NCBI RefSeq assembly: GCF_044324785.1
Contig: NZ_CP172127.1
Reading direction: 5' to 3' (one strand)
DNA: 64,000 bases
Source of the DNA: Escherichia coli
GTDB taxonomy: Bacteria; Pseudomonadota; Gammaproteobacteria; Enterobacterales; Enterobacteriaceae
Position 1 is the first letter of the stretch. Every line of letters starts with the position of its first letter. Shown in pieces: positions 39,703-63,495 of this stretch. The translations under genes and the position numbers were made by a program. Under the pieces are notes generated by a model. It was not told the DNA's origin. It searched no databases and saw nothing but the letters and a program-made list of their open reading frames with translations.

Positions 39703-40282
39703 GGTTATTATTCCCGGCCTGAGTCTGAGCTGGCGACTCTTCTCTTGCTAATTGCTCAGGTAATGCAAAACGACACTGTAGTGCCCCATATTGCTGAGTC
39801 TTCAGATGTAGCGTGACTGAGAGAGGATGTTCTTTGCTTTCCCCGCTGTTACTTTCCAGAAGAAAGCTCTCGACATGTTCCAGCATCGCCTGGGCAGGTT
39901 GATCCTTCCTGCCATCCACAGAAGTACGAACAGCACGGTAAAGCGTATGATTTCGTAGATACCAGTGAACTGTGAGTAAGGTTTGTGCTTCACTGAGAGG
40001 AGCCAGCGGATCACGACTTTGCGTGGTAAAAATAGCTTCTTCACCCAACACCATGATCTTGTCCGTACTCCGATTCCTCCGGGCGACCAATTGCAGGAGA
40101 TCGTTATCAAGAATGGTGATGGTGCGCTGTAGCTGATTGAACTGCTGGATTTCTTTCTGTGAACGTTGATGCAACTCGGAAGCTTGCGAAAAAATCATAA
40201 ACGCCAGCACGCTAAGCATTGAGAAAATCGCCAGCGCCGCCATGACCTCCAGCAATGTGAAACCCTGCTGGCGATTAATCAT
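39695..40282 (-). CDS. gspJ: type II secretion minor pseudopilin J
   Basis: 195 aa [23 protein letters not shown], prepilin N-terminus. Confidence 0.9.
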
Positions 40283-40652
40283 CTTGTGCCTGCCCGGATT
40301 TATTATCGATGCTTTGATAACGCGTAAGCGAGGTTGTCTGACCGCTGGGTAATGTCACCGTTATGGTGCGTTCCAGAAGCGTGCCGTCTTTGCTTGAGTG
40401 GATATCGCTGCGCCAGTTCCACTCTTCGCCATTTATTAACTCTTTGCCAGAACTGGACGTGTTTTCCTCGCCGAATGAATCTTGTGACTGAAGCTGGTTA
40501 TCCGCTATCCACAATGCCAGCGTCTCGTTGCGCATTCGCTCGATGGCATTTCGTTGCCCTTGCATACTGCTCATTAAAGTCAGAGCAACAGCGGTGAAAA
40601 TACTCATCGCCAGTAAGACTTCAAGCAGTGTCATCCCTGATTGTTTGTTCAT
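40275..40652 (-). CDS. gspI: type II secretion minor pseudopilin I
   Basis: 125 aa from the ATG at 40652 ([19 protein letters not shown]), overlapping the gspH stop as ATGA; the ORF-track start at 40691 is an extension. Confidence 0.88.
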
Positions 40653-41158
40653 GGGCGGGTATCTCTGACGAGCGTTTGATCCAGGGGCCATGATCCTGAA
40701 CAGACTAACGTTAGGAGCGGCTCACCGGTCCCGGCGTTAGCCATCAACAAAGAGAAGGGCGTGATTTGTCCGTCGGCCAGAACCACCACCTGCGGTTGGT
40801 TGCTGTCATCAGGTTTAAATGGCTGAAGTTGAATTGAGAGTTCTTCACCCCAGTCATTTTTGCTCTCGTCTGCGGCATCTTCTTGTAATGGAACCCAGCG
40901 CCAGGCTGATGGTGTTTTGCCCGGTACCATAATGCGCCATGCTGAATCAGAGAAATGGATACCGACAGGCTGACCACTCAGCGTGGCGCGGTCGATGGCT
41001 AATTCAAGTGCAGCGGTAAACCGCGCCGCTGTTTCGCGCGCACGAGTGTTGGCGGTATCTTCCCGACCATATGTGAAGAGCACCACACTTGCCGTGATAG
41101 CGACCAGCGCCAGCACCAGCATCATCTCCAGCAGGGTAAACCCGCGTTGCTGATTCAT
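40649..41158 (-). CDS. gspH: type II secretion minor pseudopilin H
   Basis: 169 aa [22 protein letters not shown]. Confidence 0.9.
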
Positions 41159-41165
41159 CGCTGAC

Positions 41166-41603
41166 TTACTTTTTCTTCTTGCTCAAACCCCAGTTGGTGA
41201 TGTCATCCTCGGTTCCCATTTCACCATCGGGTCCTGCTGAAAGCAGATCGTATGCACCATGTTCACCAGGATTAACGAGGACATAATCATTGCCCCAGGG
41301 ATCGGCAGGCAGACGCTTGATATAACCTTCTTTGTTATAGTTTGCGGCCAGCGGTGGTAGTGTCGGTGCTTCGACTAAGGATTCAAGTCCCTGATTTGTG
41401 GTTGGATAGCGATGATTGTCGAGCTTGTACATATCCAGGGCGTTTTCCAGCGCCACAATATCGCTGACGGCTTTTTGATTATCCGCCTTTTCTTTATTGC
41501 CCATCAGGTTGGGAACCACCAGGCTGGCAAGTACGCCGATAATGACGATCACCACCATAATTTCCAGTAATGTAAAACCGCGTTGCTTATCCGTTGCGCG
41601 CAT
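41166..41603 (-). CDS. gspG: type II secretion major pseudopilin G
   Basis: 145 aa [29 protein letters not shown]. Confidence 0.93.
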   Translation of the reverse strand: MRATDKQRGFTLLEIMVVIVIIGVLASLVVPNLMGNKEKADNQKAVSDIVALENALDMYKLDNHRYPTTNQGLESLVEAPTLPPLAANYNKEGYIKRLPADPWGNDYVLVNPGEHGAYDLLSAGPDGEMGTEDDITNWGLSKKKK

Positions 41604-41612
41604 TGTTTTTCC

Positions 41613-42809
41613 TTAGTTAATCATTGAGTTAAGTTGAAGAAGAGGTTGGAGTACCGACACGACAATAAACAGGACGATCAGTGCCATCGTAATAATGAGC
41701 GCTGGCTCGAAGATGGAGAGCGTTAAGGCGATCCGATTTTGTTGGAGTGTCTCCTGGTTATCTGCGGCTCTGACCATTAACGTGCCGAGCTGCCCGCTTT
41801 TTTCGCCAGAGGCCACCATGTAGAGCATCATCGGCGGGAAAATTGCGGTTTGTTCCAGCGAAAGATGAATGCTGTTACCCTGGCGGACGTTCTCTGCCGC
41901 ATTTGCCAGACGCTTGCGGATTTCGAGGTTGCTGAGACTTTCGGTGGACAAATTCATCCCATCCAGCAGAGGGACGCCGCTGGATTGCAAAATACTTAAA
42001 GTGCGGAGATAGCGTGCGCTGTTAATGGTGCAAATCAGCGGGCCGATGAGTGCAACGCGTAGCAATATGGCATGAAAACGGTGGCGGTTATTGCCGCGTT
42101 TTAACCAGAGCCAGAAACCTACAGCGACAATAAACACTGTCGCTAGTAATGTCGGGCCGGTATGTTGCAACGTGTCGCTCAGACCTAAAAGAATGCGTGT
42201 ACTCAGCGGCAGTTGCTGCTTCATATGCACGAACTGTTCGGTAATTTTGGGCACGACAGCAGTGAGGAGAATAATCACGACCACAATCGCCACCGCAGTC
42301 AGCATGCAGGGGTAGATCAGCGACTGAATGAGTTTGCTGCGGATTTTCTGCCGATTTTCATTGTAATCAGCCAGTTTTTCCAACACCGGGGCCAGCAGCC
42401 CGCTCTTTTCGCCCGCTTTAACCAGGGTACGGTAGAGCGAATCGAAAAGCGTGGGAAAATGTTGTAACGCATCGGAAAGGGGATGCCCTTCAAGGATGGC
42501 GCTGCGTACCTGATTTAACACATCAGCCAGTCGTTTATTACTGCTTTGTTGACCGATTACGGCAAGGCTCTCTTCCAGAGGTAATGCCGCTGCGCTTAAG
42601 GTTGCCAACTGCCGGGTGAAAAGCGTCAGTTCACTATGGCTGATCCTCGGGCGACGTGTTTTTACTCCCGAACTTTTTTGGGGGCGAATATCCAGCAGGA
42701 AAAGCCCTTCTTCACGCAGCCGCAGTCGTGCCTGACGTTCATCGTTAGCATCAATGATCCCTTGCAATTTTTGACCATCCTGGGTCATGGCGCGATAGCG
42801 ATAATTCAT
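41613..42809 (-). CDS. gspF: type II secretion inner-membrane platform protein F
   Basis: 398 aa ORF; start overlaps the gspE stop. Confidence 0.93.
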   Translation of the reverse strand: MNYRYRAMTQDGQKLQGIIDANDERQARLRLREEGLFLLDIRPQKSSGVKTRRPRISHSELTLFTRQLATLSAAALPLEESLAVIGQQSSNKRLADVLNQVRSAILEGHPLSDALQHFPTLFDSLYRTLVKAGEKSGLLAPVLEKLADYNENRQKIRSKLIQSLIYPCMLTAVAIVVVIILLTAVVPKITEQFVHMKQQLPLSTRILLGLSDTLQHTGPTLLATVFIVAVGFWLWLKRGNNRHRFHAILLRVALIGPLICTINSARYLRTLSILQSSGVPLLDGMNLSTESLSNLEIRKRLANAAENVRQGNSIHLSLEQTAIFPPMMLYMVASGEKSGQLGTLMVRAADNQETLQQNRIALTLSIFEPALIITMALIVLFIVVSVLQPLLQLNSMIN

Positions 42810-44287
42810 GCTTCGCTCTCCAGCGTGGCACTGGCGACGCGCATAACCTCATCCCAGGAGGTGTCACCGCTTATCACTTTTTGCAGGCCATTTTTGATTA
42901 AGGCATTGTGTTGTTGCCGGACCAGTCGCTCCAGTGCTTGTTCATCCACATTTTCATGAATAGCGGCCCGCAATTCCGGCGTCACCACCATCATTTCGTG
43001 GATCGCCATGCGCCCCTGATAGCCGGATTGATGGCAATGAGGGCAGCCTACGGGAGTGCCAATTGTCGTCACCGCGAGCTGATGATGTTTAAACATCTGC
43101 GCTTGTTGCGGCGATACAGGCGTGAATTGTCGGCATTGCGGACACAGACGACGAACCAGACGTTGCGCGATAATCCCTGCCAGTGAAGACGAAAGCAGGA
43201 ATGATTCGACGCCCATGTCGCGTAGCCGGGTGACTGCGCCTGATGCACTGTTAGTGTGGAGTGTTGAGAGTACCAGATGGCCTGTGAGCGAGGCCTGAAC
43301 CGCAATTTGCGCGGTTTCTGTATCACGAATCTCCCCCACCATGACGACATCCGGGTCCTGGCGAAGTATGGCGCGCAGGCCGCGAGCGAAAGACATATCC
43401 ACGCGGGTATTCACCTGCGTTTGTCCTATGCCTTCCAGTTCATATTCCACGGGATCTTCTACCGTCAGAATATTACGGCCAGGGGTATTAAGCGCCGAAA
43501 GAATGGCGTAGAGCGTGGTGCTTTTACCGGAGCCTGTCGGCCCTGTTACCAGGATAATACCGTGCGGAAGCTGAATGAGATTTTCTAAATCCTGTTTATC
43601 CGCTGCCGTCATCCCCAGGTTGTTCAATGAAAGCTGGAGGCTGTTTTTATCCAGTAGGCGGAGCACAGCGCGTTCACCATAGATGGATGGCAGTGTGGAT
43701 ACGCGGACATCTATGTTACGTCGCCCGATACGCAAACTGATTCTTCCATCCTGTGGAATACGTTTTTCGGCGATATCAAGACGAGCCATGACCTTAATTC
43801 GGGAGATAAGCAGTGCCGCCAGTTTTTTGTTGGGCTGTAAAATTGTCCGCAAAACGCCGTCGATGCGAAAACGGATCGACATTGTTTTTTCATAGGTTTC
43901 AATGTGGATATCGGAGGCGGTTTCTTTGATGGCCTCACTCAAAATAGCATTGATCAAGCGGATAACGGGTGCCGCTGAATCTTCATTCAGCAGATCTTCA
44001 TTTGCGGGCATCTCTTCCGAAAGCGAGAGAAGATCGACGGATTGATCGATATCCTGCGCAATCTGTTGCGACTCACCGGTATTCTGATGGAATACCGCTT
44101 CCAGCCGGGCTTCGAAATCAGCCTGTGACAAACTGGTCATGGTCTGGCACTGACCAACCTGACGCTGAATATCGAGTAACCGCTCGAATGGCGTATCGGC
44201 GAGATAAATAATCTCGCCCTCTGAATAGAGATAACCAATTCGTTGTGCCAGCGCCCAACTGGCGGGGTACGGTGAGTGAATTTTCAT
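42806..44287 (-). CDS. gspE: type II secretion ATPase E
   Basis: 493 aa ORF, Walker [13 protein letters not shown]-terminal CxxC pairs. Confidence 0.95.
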   Translation of the reverse strand: MKIHSPYPASWALAQRIGYLYSEGEIIYLADTPFERLLDIQRQVGQCQTMTSLSQADFEARLEAVFHQNTGESQQIAQDIDQSVDLLSLSEEMPANEDLLNEDSAAPVIRLINAILSEAIKETASDIHIETYEKTMSIRFRIDGVLRTILQPNKKLAALLISRIKVMARLDIAEKRIPQDGRISLRIGRRNIDVRVSTLPSIYGERAVLRLLDKNSLQLSLNNLGMTAADKQDLENLIQLPHGIILVTGPTGSGKSTTLYAILSALNTPGRNILTVEDPVEYELEGIGQTQVNTRVDMSFARGLRAILRQDPDVVMVGEIRDTETAQIAVQASLTGHLVLSTLHTNSASGAVTRLRDMGVESFLLSSSLAGIIAQRLVRRLCPQCRQFTPVSPQQAQMFKHHQLAVTTIGTPVGCPHCHQSGYQGRMAIHEMMVVTPELRAAIHENVDEQALERLVRQQHNALIKNGLQKVISGDTSWDEVMRVASATLESEA

Positions 44288-44296
44288 AAGAATGCC

Positions 44297-46249
44297 TCAC
44301 CGTGACGATGGCGCAGGGGCGTGACTGTTGAACGTGTTCTCATTCAGCACCGGCAAATCTTCCGAGCCAACCAGCGCTTTTGATTTCCCGTCGATTCGCA
44401 GCTGTTGCTCCTGACGGTAGCGGGTGTATTTCTCTTTTGACAGTGAGCGATAAACATCATCGTCACGGATAATCGTCGGGCGGATAAATACCATCAGGTT
44501 GCGTTTAGCGCGCTCGGTCGAGGTATAGCGGAAGAGTTGTCCCACTAAAGGAATATCGCCAAGCAGAGGAACCTTTGACACTTGCTCTTTAGAAAAATCA
44601 TCCAGCAATCCGCCCAGGACCACCGTTTCACCGGTTTTGACCAGCACGGCATTTTGAATAGTTCGGGTGTTAAATGTCGGGCCGAGCGTCGAATTAGACG
44701 AAGAGTCAACGCTGGAGACTTCCTGCTCTATTTCGAGCAACACCGCGTCGCCTTCATTGACCTGCGGAGTGACTTTGAGTTTTGTCCCCACCGTTTTGCG
44801 TTCGACTGTATTAAAGACGTTATCCCCAGAAGTGGTCTGGGAGCCGGATAGCACCGGCACATCCTGCCCAACGTTGAAGGACGCGAGTTTATTATCCAGC
44901 GTTACGATGCTCGGGGTGGCGAGGATGTCATTTTTATTATTACTGGCCAGCGCAGTCAACAATACGCCCCAGTCGCCATTGAAGAAGCCTGCGGCCATGC
45001 CATTGTAGGCGCTAAACATATCCCAGGCAGGATTCGCGCTGGTGATCCCACCATTCTTTTTATAATCAGCCACACCTTGCGCAGCGTTAAAAATCGGTAA
45101 TCCCGTATTGGTAAATTGCTGTGTGCCAACGTTTTTATTCGCCCATTGCACGCCGAGGTTGAGTCCATTTCCATCCTGAACTTCAACGATGATTGCCTCA
45201 ACCAGCACCTGTGCACGGCGAATATCCAGACGTGCAATTACCGTGGCGAGTTTCTCCTGGACGGGCTGGTCAGCGGTAATGACCAAAGAGTTGGTCTGTT
45301 CATCAGCGGTAATGGCGACATTATCCATCGCAGAAGTAGAAGAAGGCTTACGCGAATTCCCTTTTTCATCTTTCAGCTTTTCGGAAACACCGGTTAACAC
45401 TTCCACCAGATTCGTGGCCTTGGCATATTTCAGGTAATAGACCCGGGTATTTCCTTCCTCGCTCTCTTCAACATCAAGTGTTTTCAGTAACGAGGTGATG
45501 CGCTGACGTGCCTTTTCCGGCCCGCTGATAATAAGTGAGTTCGTTCGCTTATCTGCCACAATCTTCGCGGAAAGGAGGGCTGGCATCTGGCTTTTACCGT
45601 GGCTTTCGCTGATTAATTGATTCAAAATTTCGGCGAGATCTTCCGCTGACGCATATTCCAGATGAATAATTTGCTGCTTCTCTGTGCCGATGACATCAAC
45701 GCGCTTTATGACTTCAATCAGTTTATTAATGGTGGAGGCACGACCGGTCAGAATAAGAACGTTGGAGGGTTCATAATGCACGACATTGCCGACGCTGCCG
45801 CCATCCATCATTTGGCGAAGCAGAGGGGCAAGATCACGAGCAGGAACGTTCTCAAGCGGTACGATACGAGTGACCAACTCATCACCAGCGCCAGGACGAG
45901 AACTGTCAGCAATCATCCCTGGTGATGTTTTTACATTAGCTGAGCGCACCACTTTCAGAAAACCATTGTCCAGCGTGATCACGGAATAACCGTAAAGATC
46001 AAGAATACTTAAAAAGAACTGGTAGTACTCCTGTTGGCTAAACGTATCATTACTGCGTACGGAAATGGTTCCCTGTACCGAAGGGTCGATCAGGATCGTT
46101 TTGCCAAGATGCTGACCCACTATTTCCACGAACTGGCGGATATCGGCGTTATTGAAGTTAGCGCCGTATTGTTCGTTCTCAGCGTGCCCTGCACAAGGCA
46201 TGAGTAGTGCTGCCAGCAAGCAGCAGGTGATTTTATTGAGTCCTTTCAT
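44297..46249 (-). CDS. gspD: type II secretion secretin D
   Basis: ORF track 654 aa from 46261; the ATG at 46249 ([23 protein letters not shown], 650 aa) is the more likely start. Confidence 0.9.
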   Translation of the reverse strand: MKGLNKITCCLLAALLMPCAGHAENEQYGANFNNADIRQFVEIVGQHLGKTILIDPSVQGTISVRSNDTFSQQEYYQFFLSILDLYGYSVITLDNGFLKVVRSANVKTSPGMIADSSRPGAGDELVTRIVPLENVPARDLAPLLRQMMDGGSVGNVVHYEPSNVLILTGRASTINKLIEVIKRVDVIGTEKQQIIHLEYASAEDLAEILNQLISESHGKSQMPALLSAKIVADKRTNSLIISGPEKARQRITSLLKTLDVEESEEGNTRVYYLKYAKATNLVEVLTGVSEKLKDEKGNSRKPSSTSAMDNVAITADEQTNSLVITADQPVQEKLATVIARLDIRRAQVLVEAIIVEVQDGNGLNLGVQWANKNVGTQQFTNTGLPIFNAAQGVADYKKNGGITSANPAWDMFSAYNGMAAGFFNGDWGVLLTALASNNKNDILATPSIVTLDNKLASFNVGQDVPVLSGSQTTSGDNVFNTVERKTVGTKLKVTPQVNEGDAVLLEIEQEVSSVDSSSNSTLGPTFNTRTIQNAVLVKTGETVVLGGLLDDFSKEQVSKVPLLGDIPLVGQLFRYTSTERAKRNLMVFIRPTIIRDDDVYRSLSKEKYTRYRQEQQLRIDGKSKALVGSEDLPVLNENTFNSHAPAPSSR

Positions 46250-47048
46250 GACGCTGTCCATTCATTCCTGTAAGTTCCGCGACGGAAACATTTATCAAGC
46301 GGGGTACGCCGTTGCGACGAATTGTAAACTGAGCACTTTGTTGAGTTAGCAGTAAACTTAATGCCTGTGAAACCTCATCAGGGTGGGTCAGCGAAAGATT
46401 ATTGATCCTGAGGGCGATATCCCCTGGTTGTAGCAAGCTGGTGGTAAATGCGTTTAGGCCCTGACGAGGGTTCAATCGAAGCCCGTATATCTGTTCTCCA
46501 TCACGTATAGGCGTGGCGATAATATAATCAGCGAGTACATTTTGACTTTCCGAATCAGGCTGCTTGATGATGTCAGGTAGCCCTGGATGGAGTGTTACTT
46601 TTTCGTAATGCCCGTGAGTTTCAAACACAACGCTGGTTTTATTTATTTTTCTAATAAACGTTCCCGGCGCTGACTCAAGGGCTTCGTTGAGGGAGTATCG
46701 CTTTTGTTCGCTCCCCTCATTAATTAAGACAAAAGAAGTCTCATCATTCGATGTGAGTACAATACCATTAAGCGCTATAGAGAGCTTCGGTGTTTCCTGA
46801 TTAACTGCCACGGGATTTGCATCTTTTACCCCAGCATGATTATCGTTGCGCCATAAAGCGGCAAGGCTGAACTCAGACTGAAATGCATTTGTTGGTTGAT
46901 TAATGATCTGTCCATTTTTAACTATAGTTGTATGGAAATAATTCACATTAAAAATAATCAGCCCTATACTTATAAATATAATCAATATATTGATGGCAGC
47001 ATCTTTATTATGATTCGCCAGATGGAAGGGGAAGCGTAGTGTGGGCAC
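46233..47048 (-). CDS. gspC: type II secretion protein C
   Basis: 271 aa ORF with N-terminal TM segment; first gene of the gspC-O operon. Confidence 0.9.
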   Translation of the reverse strand: MPTLRFPFHLANHNKDAAINILIIFISIGLIIFNVNYFHTTIVKNGQIINQPTNAFQSEFSLAALWRNDNHAGVKDANPVAVNQETPKLSIALNGIVLTSNDETSFVLINEGSEQKRYSLNEALESAPGTFIRKINKTSVVFETHGHYEKVTLHPGLPDIIKQPDSESQNVLADYIIATPIRDGEQIYGLRLNPRQGLNAFTTSLLQPGDIALRINNLSLTHPDEVSQALSLLLTQQSAQFTIRRNGVPRLINVSVAELTGMNGQRHERTQ

Positions 47049-47227
47049 GATGTATGTTCTAATAAAATAGATTGGGTGGGTTGTATATTGACGTTAGTAT
47101 AAATAGTATTAATGCCGCTTGCATGAATCAAGCAAAATTTATTTATATTAGTAATATGTATTTAATTAATAAATGCATACATTATTTTTATGATTAAGGA
47201 TAATCAATAATTAAAACAGGAAGTTCT
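47049..47227. promoter_or_regulatory. AT-rich divergent gspC / gspA control region
   Basis: 179 bp AT-rich gap between divergent operons. Confidence 0.5.
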
Positions 47228-48697
47228 ATGTCTACGAGAAGAGAAGTTATTCTTTCCTGGTTACGTGAGAAACGTCAGACCTGGCGTCTGTGCTATTTGT
47301 TGGGTGAGGCTGGAAGTGGAAAAACCTGGCTGGCGCAGCAACTACAAAAAGATAAACATCGCCGTGTGATTACTTTAAGCCTCGTTGTTTCCTGGCAAGG
47401 TAAGGCCGCATGGATCGTTACCGACGATAATGCGGCTGAACAGGGCTGCCGTGACAGCGCCTGGACGCGAGATGAGATGGCGGGTCAATTACTGTATGCG
47501 CTTCATCGAACTGATAGTCGCTGCCCTCTTATTATTATTGAAAATGCTCACCTGAATCACCGCCGCATACTGGATGATCTCCAACGCGCGATATCTCTTA
47601 TTCCTGACGGTCAATTTTTGCTGATCGGCAGACCCGATCGAAAAGTCGAACGTGATTTTAAAAAACAGGGCATTGAACTTGTCTCGACAGGACGTCTGAC
47701 GGAGCACGAGCTTAAGGCAAGCATCCTTGAAGGTCAGAATATTGACCAGCCCGATCTCCTTTTAACTGCCAGAGTTCTGAAACGGATAGCTTTATTATGT
47801 CGGGGAGATCGCAGAAAGCTGGCGCTTGCCGGCGAAACAATTAGCTTATTACAGCAAGCCGAGCAGACCAGCGTTTTCACTGCAAAACATTGGCGAATGA
47901 TTTACCGCGTATTAGGTGATAACCGCCCCCGGAAAATGCAGCTTGCCGTGGTGATGAGTGGAACCATTATCGCACTTACCTGTGGTTGGCTACTGCTGTC
48001 CTCTTTCACAGATCCGTTCCCCGTTCCTGCGTGGCTGGTACCCGTAACGCCAGTAGTTAAACAAGATATGACTAAGGATATTGCTCATGTAGTGATGCGC
48101 GATAGTGAGGCGCTAAGCGTGTTATACGGCGTATGGGGGTACGAGGTCCCAGCTGATTCGGCCTGGTGCGATCAGGCAGTAAGAGCGGGGCTGGCATGTA
48201 AAAGTGGGAATGCTTCTTTACAAACATTGGTAGATCAGAATTTGCCCTGGATCGCATCGCTTAAAGTCGGGGACAAAAAATTGCCTGTTGTGGTCGTTCG
48301 CGTCGGTGATGCTACCGTTGATGTCCTCGTAGGGCAGCAAACCTGGACGCTGACACATCAATGGTTTGAGTCGGTATGGACGGGTGATTATCTTCTGTTA
48401 TGGAAAATGTCGCCGGAAGGGGAGAGTACCATTACGCGTGATAGCAGCGAGGAAGAGATTCTCTGGCTGGAAACGATGTTAAACCGCGCATTGCATATTT
48501 CGACAGAACCTTCGGCAGAGTGGCGTCCCTTGTTGGTAGAAAAAATAAAGCAATTTCAAAAAAGCCACCACTTGAAAACTGACGGTGTTGTTGGCTTTTC
48601 AACGTTAGTACATCTCTGGCAGGTGGCAGGGGAGAGTGCCTACTTATATCGGGATGAAGCAAATATTTCCCCGGAAACAACAGTGAAGGGGAAATGA
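47228..48697 (+). CDS. gspA: type II secretion accessory protein A (AAA+ ATPase, peptidoglycan-binding C-terminus)
   Basis: 489 aa ORF, Walker A LGEAGSGKT. Confidence 0.92.
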   Translation: MSTRREVILSWLREKRQTWRLCYLLGEAGSGKTWLAQQLQKDKHRRVITLSLVVSWQGKAAWIVTDDNAAEQGCRDSAWTRDEMAGQLLYALHRTDSRCPLIIIENAHLNHRRILDDLQRAISLIPDGQFLLIGRPDRKVERDFKKQGIELVSTGRLTEHELKASILEGQNIDQPDLLLTARVLKRIALLCRGDRRKLALAGETISLLQQAEQTSVFTAKHWRMIYRVLGDNRPRKMQLAVVMSGTIIALTCGWLLLSSFTDPFPVPAWLVPVTPVVKQDMTKDIAHVVMRDSEALSVLYGVWGYEVPADSAWCDQAVRAGLACKSGNASLQTLVDQNLPWIASLKVGDKKLPVVVVRVGDATVDVLVGQQTWTLTHQWFESVWTGDYLLLWKMSPEGESTITRDSSEEEILWLETMLNRALHISTEPSAEWRPLLVEKIKQFQKSHHLKTDGVVGFSTLVHLWQVAGESAYLYRDEANISPETTVKGK

Positions 48698-48698
48698 C

Positions 48699-49118
48699 AT
48701 GTTTGAATTCTATATCGCCGCGCGTGAGCAGAAAGAAACAGGTCACCCTGGTATCTTCTCCCGACAAAAACACAGCACCATAATATATGTCATTTGTTTA
48801 TTGCTGATTTGCCTGTGGTTTGCAGGAATGGTGTTGGTTGGTGGGTATGCCAGGCAGCTATGGGCGCTTTGGATAGTAAAAGCAGAAGTCACAGTAGATG
48901 CTGAAACGCCCGCTTTTAAACAATCAACACAACACTATTTCTTCAAAAAACAGCCACTCCCCGTCGTCGAATCCGTCGAGGAGGAAGATGACCCCGGCGT
49001 CGCGGTTGAGAATGCCACCTCTTCTTCTGAAGACGAAGAAAATACTGTAGAAGAAAGCGACGAGAAAGCCGGTTTAAGAGAGCGTGTCAAAAATGCGCTG
49101 AACGAACTTGAGAGATAA
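48699..49118 (+). CDS. gspB: type II secretion accessory protein B
   Basis: 139 aa ORF with TM segment and acidic C-terminus. Confidence 0.88.
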   Translation: MFEFYIAAREQKETGHPGIFSRQKHSTIIYVICLLLICLWFAGMVLVGGYARQLWALWIVKAEVTVDAETPAFKQSTQHYFFKKQPLPVVESVEEEDDPGVAVENATSSSEDEENTVEESDEKAGLRERVKNALNELER

Positions 49119-49150
49119 CCCGAAAGCTGTTTACTTTACTAGCAATACGC

Positions 49151-49178
49151 TTGCGTTCGGTGGTTAAGTATGTATAAT
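49151..49178 (+). promoter_or_regulatory. S10 operon promoter
   Basis: TTGCGT (49151-49156), 16 bp spacer, TATAAT (49173-49178); predicts a leader of about 171 nt. Confidence 0.7.
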
Positions 49179-49184
49179 GCGCGG

Positions 49185-49667
<483 letters not shown>

Positions 49668-49687
49668 TCAGGTCATTGAGCGATTGA

Positions 49688-52083
<2,396 letters not shown>

Positions 52084-52096
52084 TTTTAGAGGATAA

Positions 52097-52378
<282 letters not shown>

Positions 52379-52383
52379 GGTAG

Positions 52384-54312
<1,929 letters not shown>

Positions 54313-54337
54313 TACAGTACACTCTCTCGATACGAAT

Positions 54338-54368
54338 AAACGGCTCAGAAATGAGCCGTTTATTTTTT
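54338..54368 (+). terminator. S10 operon terminator
   Basis: acggctc-agaaatg-gagccgt stem-loop followed by ttatttttt. Confidence 0.8.
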
Positions 54369-54400
54369 CTACCCATATCCTTGAAGCGGTGTTATAATGC
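54365..54400 (+). promoter_or_regulatory. spc operon promoter
   Basis: TATAAT at 54393-54398; -35 region not cleanly resolved by eye. Confidence 0.55.
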
Positions 54401-54464
54401 CGCGCCCTCGATATGGGGATTTTTAACGACCTGATTTTCGGGTCTCAGTAGTAGTTGACATTAG

Positions 54465-55727
<1,263 letters not shown>

Positions 55728-55738
55728 GGTAGGGTTAC

Positions 55739-56047
<309 letters not shown>

Positions 56048-56074
56048 TTGTCACCAATTGAATCACGGGAGTAA

Positions 56075-57382
<1,308 letters not shown>

Positions 57383-57387
57383 GGTAG

Positions 57388-58521
<1,134 letters not shown>

Positions 58522-58528
58522 GTAGCAG

Positions 58529-60008
<1,480 letters not shown>

Positions 60009-60026
60009 TTTTTTCGCATATTTTTC

Positions 60027-60055
60027 TTGCAAAGTTGGGTTGAGCTGGCTAGATT
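60027..60055 (+). promoter_or_regulatory. putative alpha operon promoter
   Basis: TTGCAA (60027-60032), 17 bp spacer, TAGATT (60050-60055); overlaps a perfect 8-bp-stem palindrome at 60044-60062. Confidence 0.4.
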
Positions 60056-60145
60056 AGCCAGCCAATCTTTTGTATGTCTGTGCGTTTCCATTTGAGTATC
60101 CTGAAAACGGGCTTTTCAGCATGGAACGTACATATTAAATAGTAG

Positions 60146-60511
<366 letters not shown>

Positions 60512-60524
60512 TCGGGGTGATTGA

Positions 60525-61571
<1,047 letters not shown>

Positions 61572-61596
61572 AGCTTAGTACCAAAGAGAGGACACA

Positions 61597-62586
61597 ATGC
61601 AGGGTTCTGTGACAGAGTTTCTAAAACCGCGCCTGGTTGATATCGAGCAAGTGAGTTCGACGCACGCCAAGGTGACCCTTGAGCCTTTAGAGCGTGGCTT
61701 TGGCCATACTCTGGGTAACGCACTGCGCCGTATTCTGCTCTCATCGATGCCGGGTTGCGCGGTGACCGAGGTTGAGATTGATGGTGTACTACATGAGTAC
61801 AGCACCAAAGAAGGCGTTCAGGAAGATATCCTGGAAATCCTGCTCAACCTGAAAGGGCTGGCGGTGAGAGTTCAGGGCAAAGATGAAGTTATTCTTACCT
61901 TGAATAAATCTGGCATTGGCCCTGTGACTGCAGCCGATATCACCCACGACGGTGATGTCGAAATCGTCAAGCCGCAGCACGTGATCTGCCACCTGACCGA
62001 TGAGAACGCGTCTATTAGCATGCGTATCAAAGTTCAGCGCGGTCGTGGTTATGTGCCGGCTTCTACCCGAATTCATTCGGAAGAAGATGAGCGCCCAATC
62101 GGCCGTCTGCTGGTCGACGCATGCTACAGCCCTGTGGAGCGTATTGCCTACAATGTTGAAGCAGCGCGTGTAGAACAGCGTACCGACCTGGACAAGCTGG
62201 TCATCGAAATGGAAACCAACGGCACAATCGATCCTGAAGAGGCGATTCGTCGTGCGGCAACCATTCTGGCTGAACAACTGGAAGCTTTCGTTGACTTACG
62301 TGATGTACGTCAGCCTGAAGTGAAAGAAGAGAAACCAGAGTTCGATCCGATCCTGCTGCGCCCTGTTGACGATCTGGAATTGACTGTCCGCTCTGCTAAC
62401 TGCCTTAAAGCAGAAGCTATCCACTATATCGGTGATCTGGTACAGCGTACCGAGGTTGAGCTCCTTAAAACGCCTAACCTTGGTAAAAAATCTCTTACTG
62501 AGATTAAAGACGTGCTGGCTTCCCGTGGACTGTCTCTGGGCATGCGCCTGGAAAACTGGCCACCGGCAAGCATCGCTGACGAGTAA
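61597..62586 (+). CDS. rpoA: DNA-directed RNA polymerase alpha subunit
   Basis: 329 aa [56 protein letters not shown]. Confidence 0.98.
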
Positions 62587-62602
62587 CCGGATCACAGGTT
62601 AA

Positions 62603-63010
<408 letters not shown>

Positions 63011-63023
63011 TCTGAAGCAACGT

Positions 63024-63051
63024 AAAAAAACCCGCCCCGGCGGGTTTTTTT
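63024..63051 (+). terminator. alpha operon intrinsic terminator
   Basis: aaaaaaa-cccgcc-cc-ggcggg-ttttttt immediately after the rplQ stop. Confidence 0.88.
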
Positions 63052-63116
63052 ATACCCGTAGTATCCCCACTTATCTACAATAGCTGTACTCTTTTTGTTC
63101 ATCCCCTGGAGTATAT

Positions 63117-63485
63117 ATGTGGTTACTTGACCAGTGGGCAGAGCGTCATATAGCAGAAGCGCAAGCGAAAGGTGAGTTTGATAACCTGGCAGGTAGCGGC
63201 GAACCATTGATACTGGATGATGATTCTCATGTGCCACCGGAATTACGTGCGGGGTATCGCTTGCTGAAGAATGCCGGTTGCTTACCGCCAGAACTTGAGC
63301 AGCGGAGGGAAGCAATTCAGCTTCTGGATATCCTGAGAGGTATCCGTCACGATGATCCGCAATATCAAGAGGTTAGCCGTCGATTGTCATTACTGGAATT
63401 GAAGCTACGACAAGCTGGACTGAGTACCGATTTTTTACGCGGCGATTATGCTGACAAGTTGTTGAATAAAATCAACGATAACTAG
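63117..63485 (+). CDS. yhdN: DUF1992-family protein YhdN
   Basis: 122 aa ORF MWLLDQWAERHIAEAQAKGEFDNLAGSGEPL. Confidence 0.88.
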   Translation: MWLLDQWAERHIAEAQAKGEFDNLAGSGEPLILDDDSHVPPELRAGYRLLKNAGCLPPELEQRREAIQLLDILRGIRHDDPQYQEVSRRLSLLELKLRQAGLSTDFLRGDYADKLLNKINDN

Positions 63486-63495
63486 TGGAGTATGT

